A stretch of 64,000 nucleotides of DNA from Trichosphaerium sp. ATCC 40318 (lineage: Eukaryota; Protista; Tubulinea), in assembly GCA_038496445.1 (NCBI GenBank), contig JALMLS010000215.1:124001-188000 (forward strand), in the 5' to 3' direction. The position numbers were made by a program, and so were the translations under genes. A model generated the notes under the pieces. That model was not told the DNA's origin. It worked only from the letters and a program-made list of their open reading frames with translations, and made no database searches. Numbering within the stretch: the first letter of the stretch is position 1; every line of letters begins with the position of its first letter. Shown here in pieces: positions 62,101 through 64,000 of this stretch.

Positions 62101-64000
62101 CGCCAACAAAACTATAGGATTCCTAAAATAGAAAATTATTACTAGTAAGGTGTGAAAGAAGAAGCTTCTTCAACGTACTTCATCATCATCAACTGCAATA
62201 TTTTTGTTTGTATTTTGTAGTGTCTCCATAACCTTATTGATCTTTGTGTTTTGCGATAACGAAGGACTTGGCACGCCTAAAGACAGTGAGTGAGTCAAAT
62301 ATTGTTTTTTCATGAAAAAAATTTCTCTATCGAGTGGCCACATAGATGATGTCTTTACGCCTTAACACGCTATCATGTATTGATTTTACTTACCGTCGCA
62401 TAGAATGAACATAAGTACACCATCAGCAGTATTTTTTTGAGCTAATTCAGAATATACTTCAGCTTCAGACAATGAAAATTGTCCAAAGTCAAACTCTAAA
62501 AGTACATCCTTCTGTTTATCCGTACTAAAGTACAAACTGTTTCCATTAAACATATTCAAAGGAACATTTTGAGATGTAGGATTATGATCAGTTGAGTTTT
62601 TGATTGTAGGTGTTAAAATACGGTCTTGAGGAACCTTGAAACAAAATAGTCAAAAAAAGGCAATGACGAGAAATTTTATCAGAAAAAAAAAGTAGGTCAT
62701 GTGTTTGAGGTTCGCCCCTTCAGTACCTCAAAAGTTGTTTGCTTCGAAGAGTATTCGGCAGCATTGTTCCTTGATCTTGTAGTAAGAGCAGTATTCTTAG
62801 GTCTTCTTGTACCACGCCTACTCTTAACCTTTTCTTTCTTTGTTTTTACTGATCCCTTTATACTTGCAGAAACTATACTAGAAGCTGTTCCACTGACAGA
62901 TGACGCGCTACTTGATACAGCAGTGCGATGGGTTGAAGGTATGATTGTATTTGAAGGTCTACCTGACCTCTGACGCATATGAGCACGTCTTGTTTTTGTG
63001 AGATCTTCTCTGGTAAACCTACAAGCAAGAGATTAACTGACTGCTGTTTAAACAACAACAAAAAAAACGTACGTCAAAGTGAATGTTCTAGCTCCATTTC
63101 GTTCTTCTCTAGAACTAAGCTTATACCATTTCTTTCCGTCATATAACGTAGGCTTCTCTTGAATAGCTGCCATCTCTAGTAATTGAGCTGAACGCAAATA
63201 CAAGTTTTCTGCTTCTGTGTTATCAGGATTTGTTTCAGTGATGAAAATAGCCCACTGCCTAAATAAACAGTCCCGTGTTAGCATAACAAAAAGGGTTTAA
63301 AACAAAAACGTGGTGATTTCACAAATCTATCACGTGATAAATTTTGATGTGGATTATCTTACCGGAGTATATCTGCGCAAATGGAAAGTATTCTAGGCGA
63401 TTGTTGATACCACAAGAGAGCACGATACCATGTAAAAGCTCTAGCAAAAGATCTAACGGCTGTCTCAGCCTCGTATTTAGCTAATTCGCCGCCCATATAT
63501 TTATACTTGTATCGCTTGTAATTAAGAAACTTCAATAAACCCAGTGCAGGAAGAACTACGAAAATAGTTAAACGCTGAACAAAAAAAAAAAAACTAAAAA
63601 TGATTACCTCTGAATCTGCAAGGTACTTTGTGTACTTCGTAATTAGCTACAGCTTGCTGTTTTATTCTCCCAATATAGACTGGATGTTCTTCACATAATA
63701 GCTTTAATTTGGCTTCAGCCAACATCATATAATGATGACGCTTAGTAGATCCTTCACCTGAGTTTGAAAATAGTTAATAAATCATTTTTGAACCAAATAA
63801 TTACCATGAAGAAGAGCCAAGTCAACAAGGAGCTTCGCCCAGTCGAATAGACCTCTATGCTCTAAAGAAGCTTGTTCGAGTTTTTTGATAGCATTAAGTA
63901 ATCTTTCACGTTGCTTAGTGCCACTATACAAAGAGCTTTCATGAAACAAAGCCATAGCCCACTTATGCCTGAAGTAAAAAAAAGATAAGAAAACAACAGG
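59119..64000 (-). CDS. Large multi-exon protein: TPR-like N-terminal region + C-terminal cysteine-containing LRRs (5' end beyond window)
   Basis: FLDLENCPNVGDAGI, FIDLSNCLHVT, LDLANTNITDKGINYL; helical AENLYLRSAQLL; stop at 59119. Confidence 0.75.

Noticed and set aside
1-64000. CRISPR array, rRNA, tRNA, transposase or integrated virus core genes
   Set aside because: None recognised; virus-like genes are scattered and lack capsid, polymerase or integrase hallmarks.

Overview
Gene-dense, AT-rich (roughly one-third GC by eye) nuclear DNA from an intron-rich unicellular eukaryote; short introns with GTACG/GTAAG donors suggest a protist, possibly amoebozoan (inference). It contains about 30 genes and gene remnants: housekeeping genes (FAD synthetase, NAA10, a METTL21-like methyltransferase, DUF1748-like, GFA, SPRY and TPR proteins), three paralogous 7TM receptor-like genes, several bacterial-looking genes (UvrD helicase, M14 peptidase, PL14 lyase, CBM6/ricin protein) and a fast-turnover family of mostly intronless F-box-like/LRR/MORN/BTB genes with pseudogenes. 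The main result is invisible in the ORF track: a minor-spliceosome U12 snRNA gene (minus strand, ~21161-21360) is split by a 51-nt major-class-looking GT-AG intron 3 nt upstream of its branch-point recognition sequence. That intron is an imperfect antisense copy of exon 2 and should fold back over the functional core. The gene lies head-to-head with NAA10, which carries a U12-type intron. Other signals are an ~10-fold excess of CACGTG and two pre-miRNA-like fold-backs. All exon structures and family calls were made by eye without database searches.
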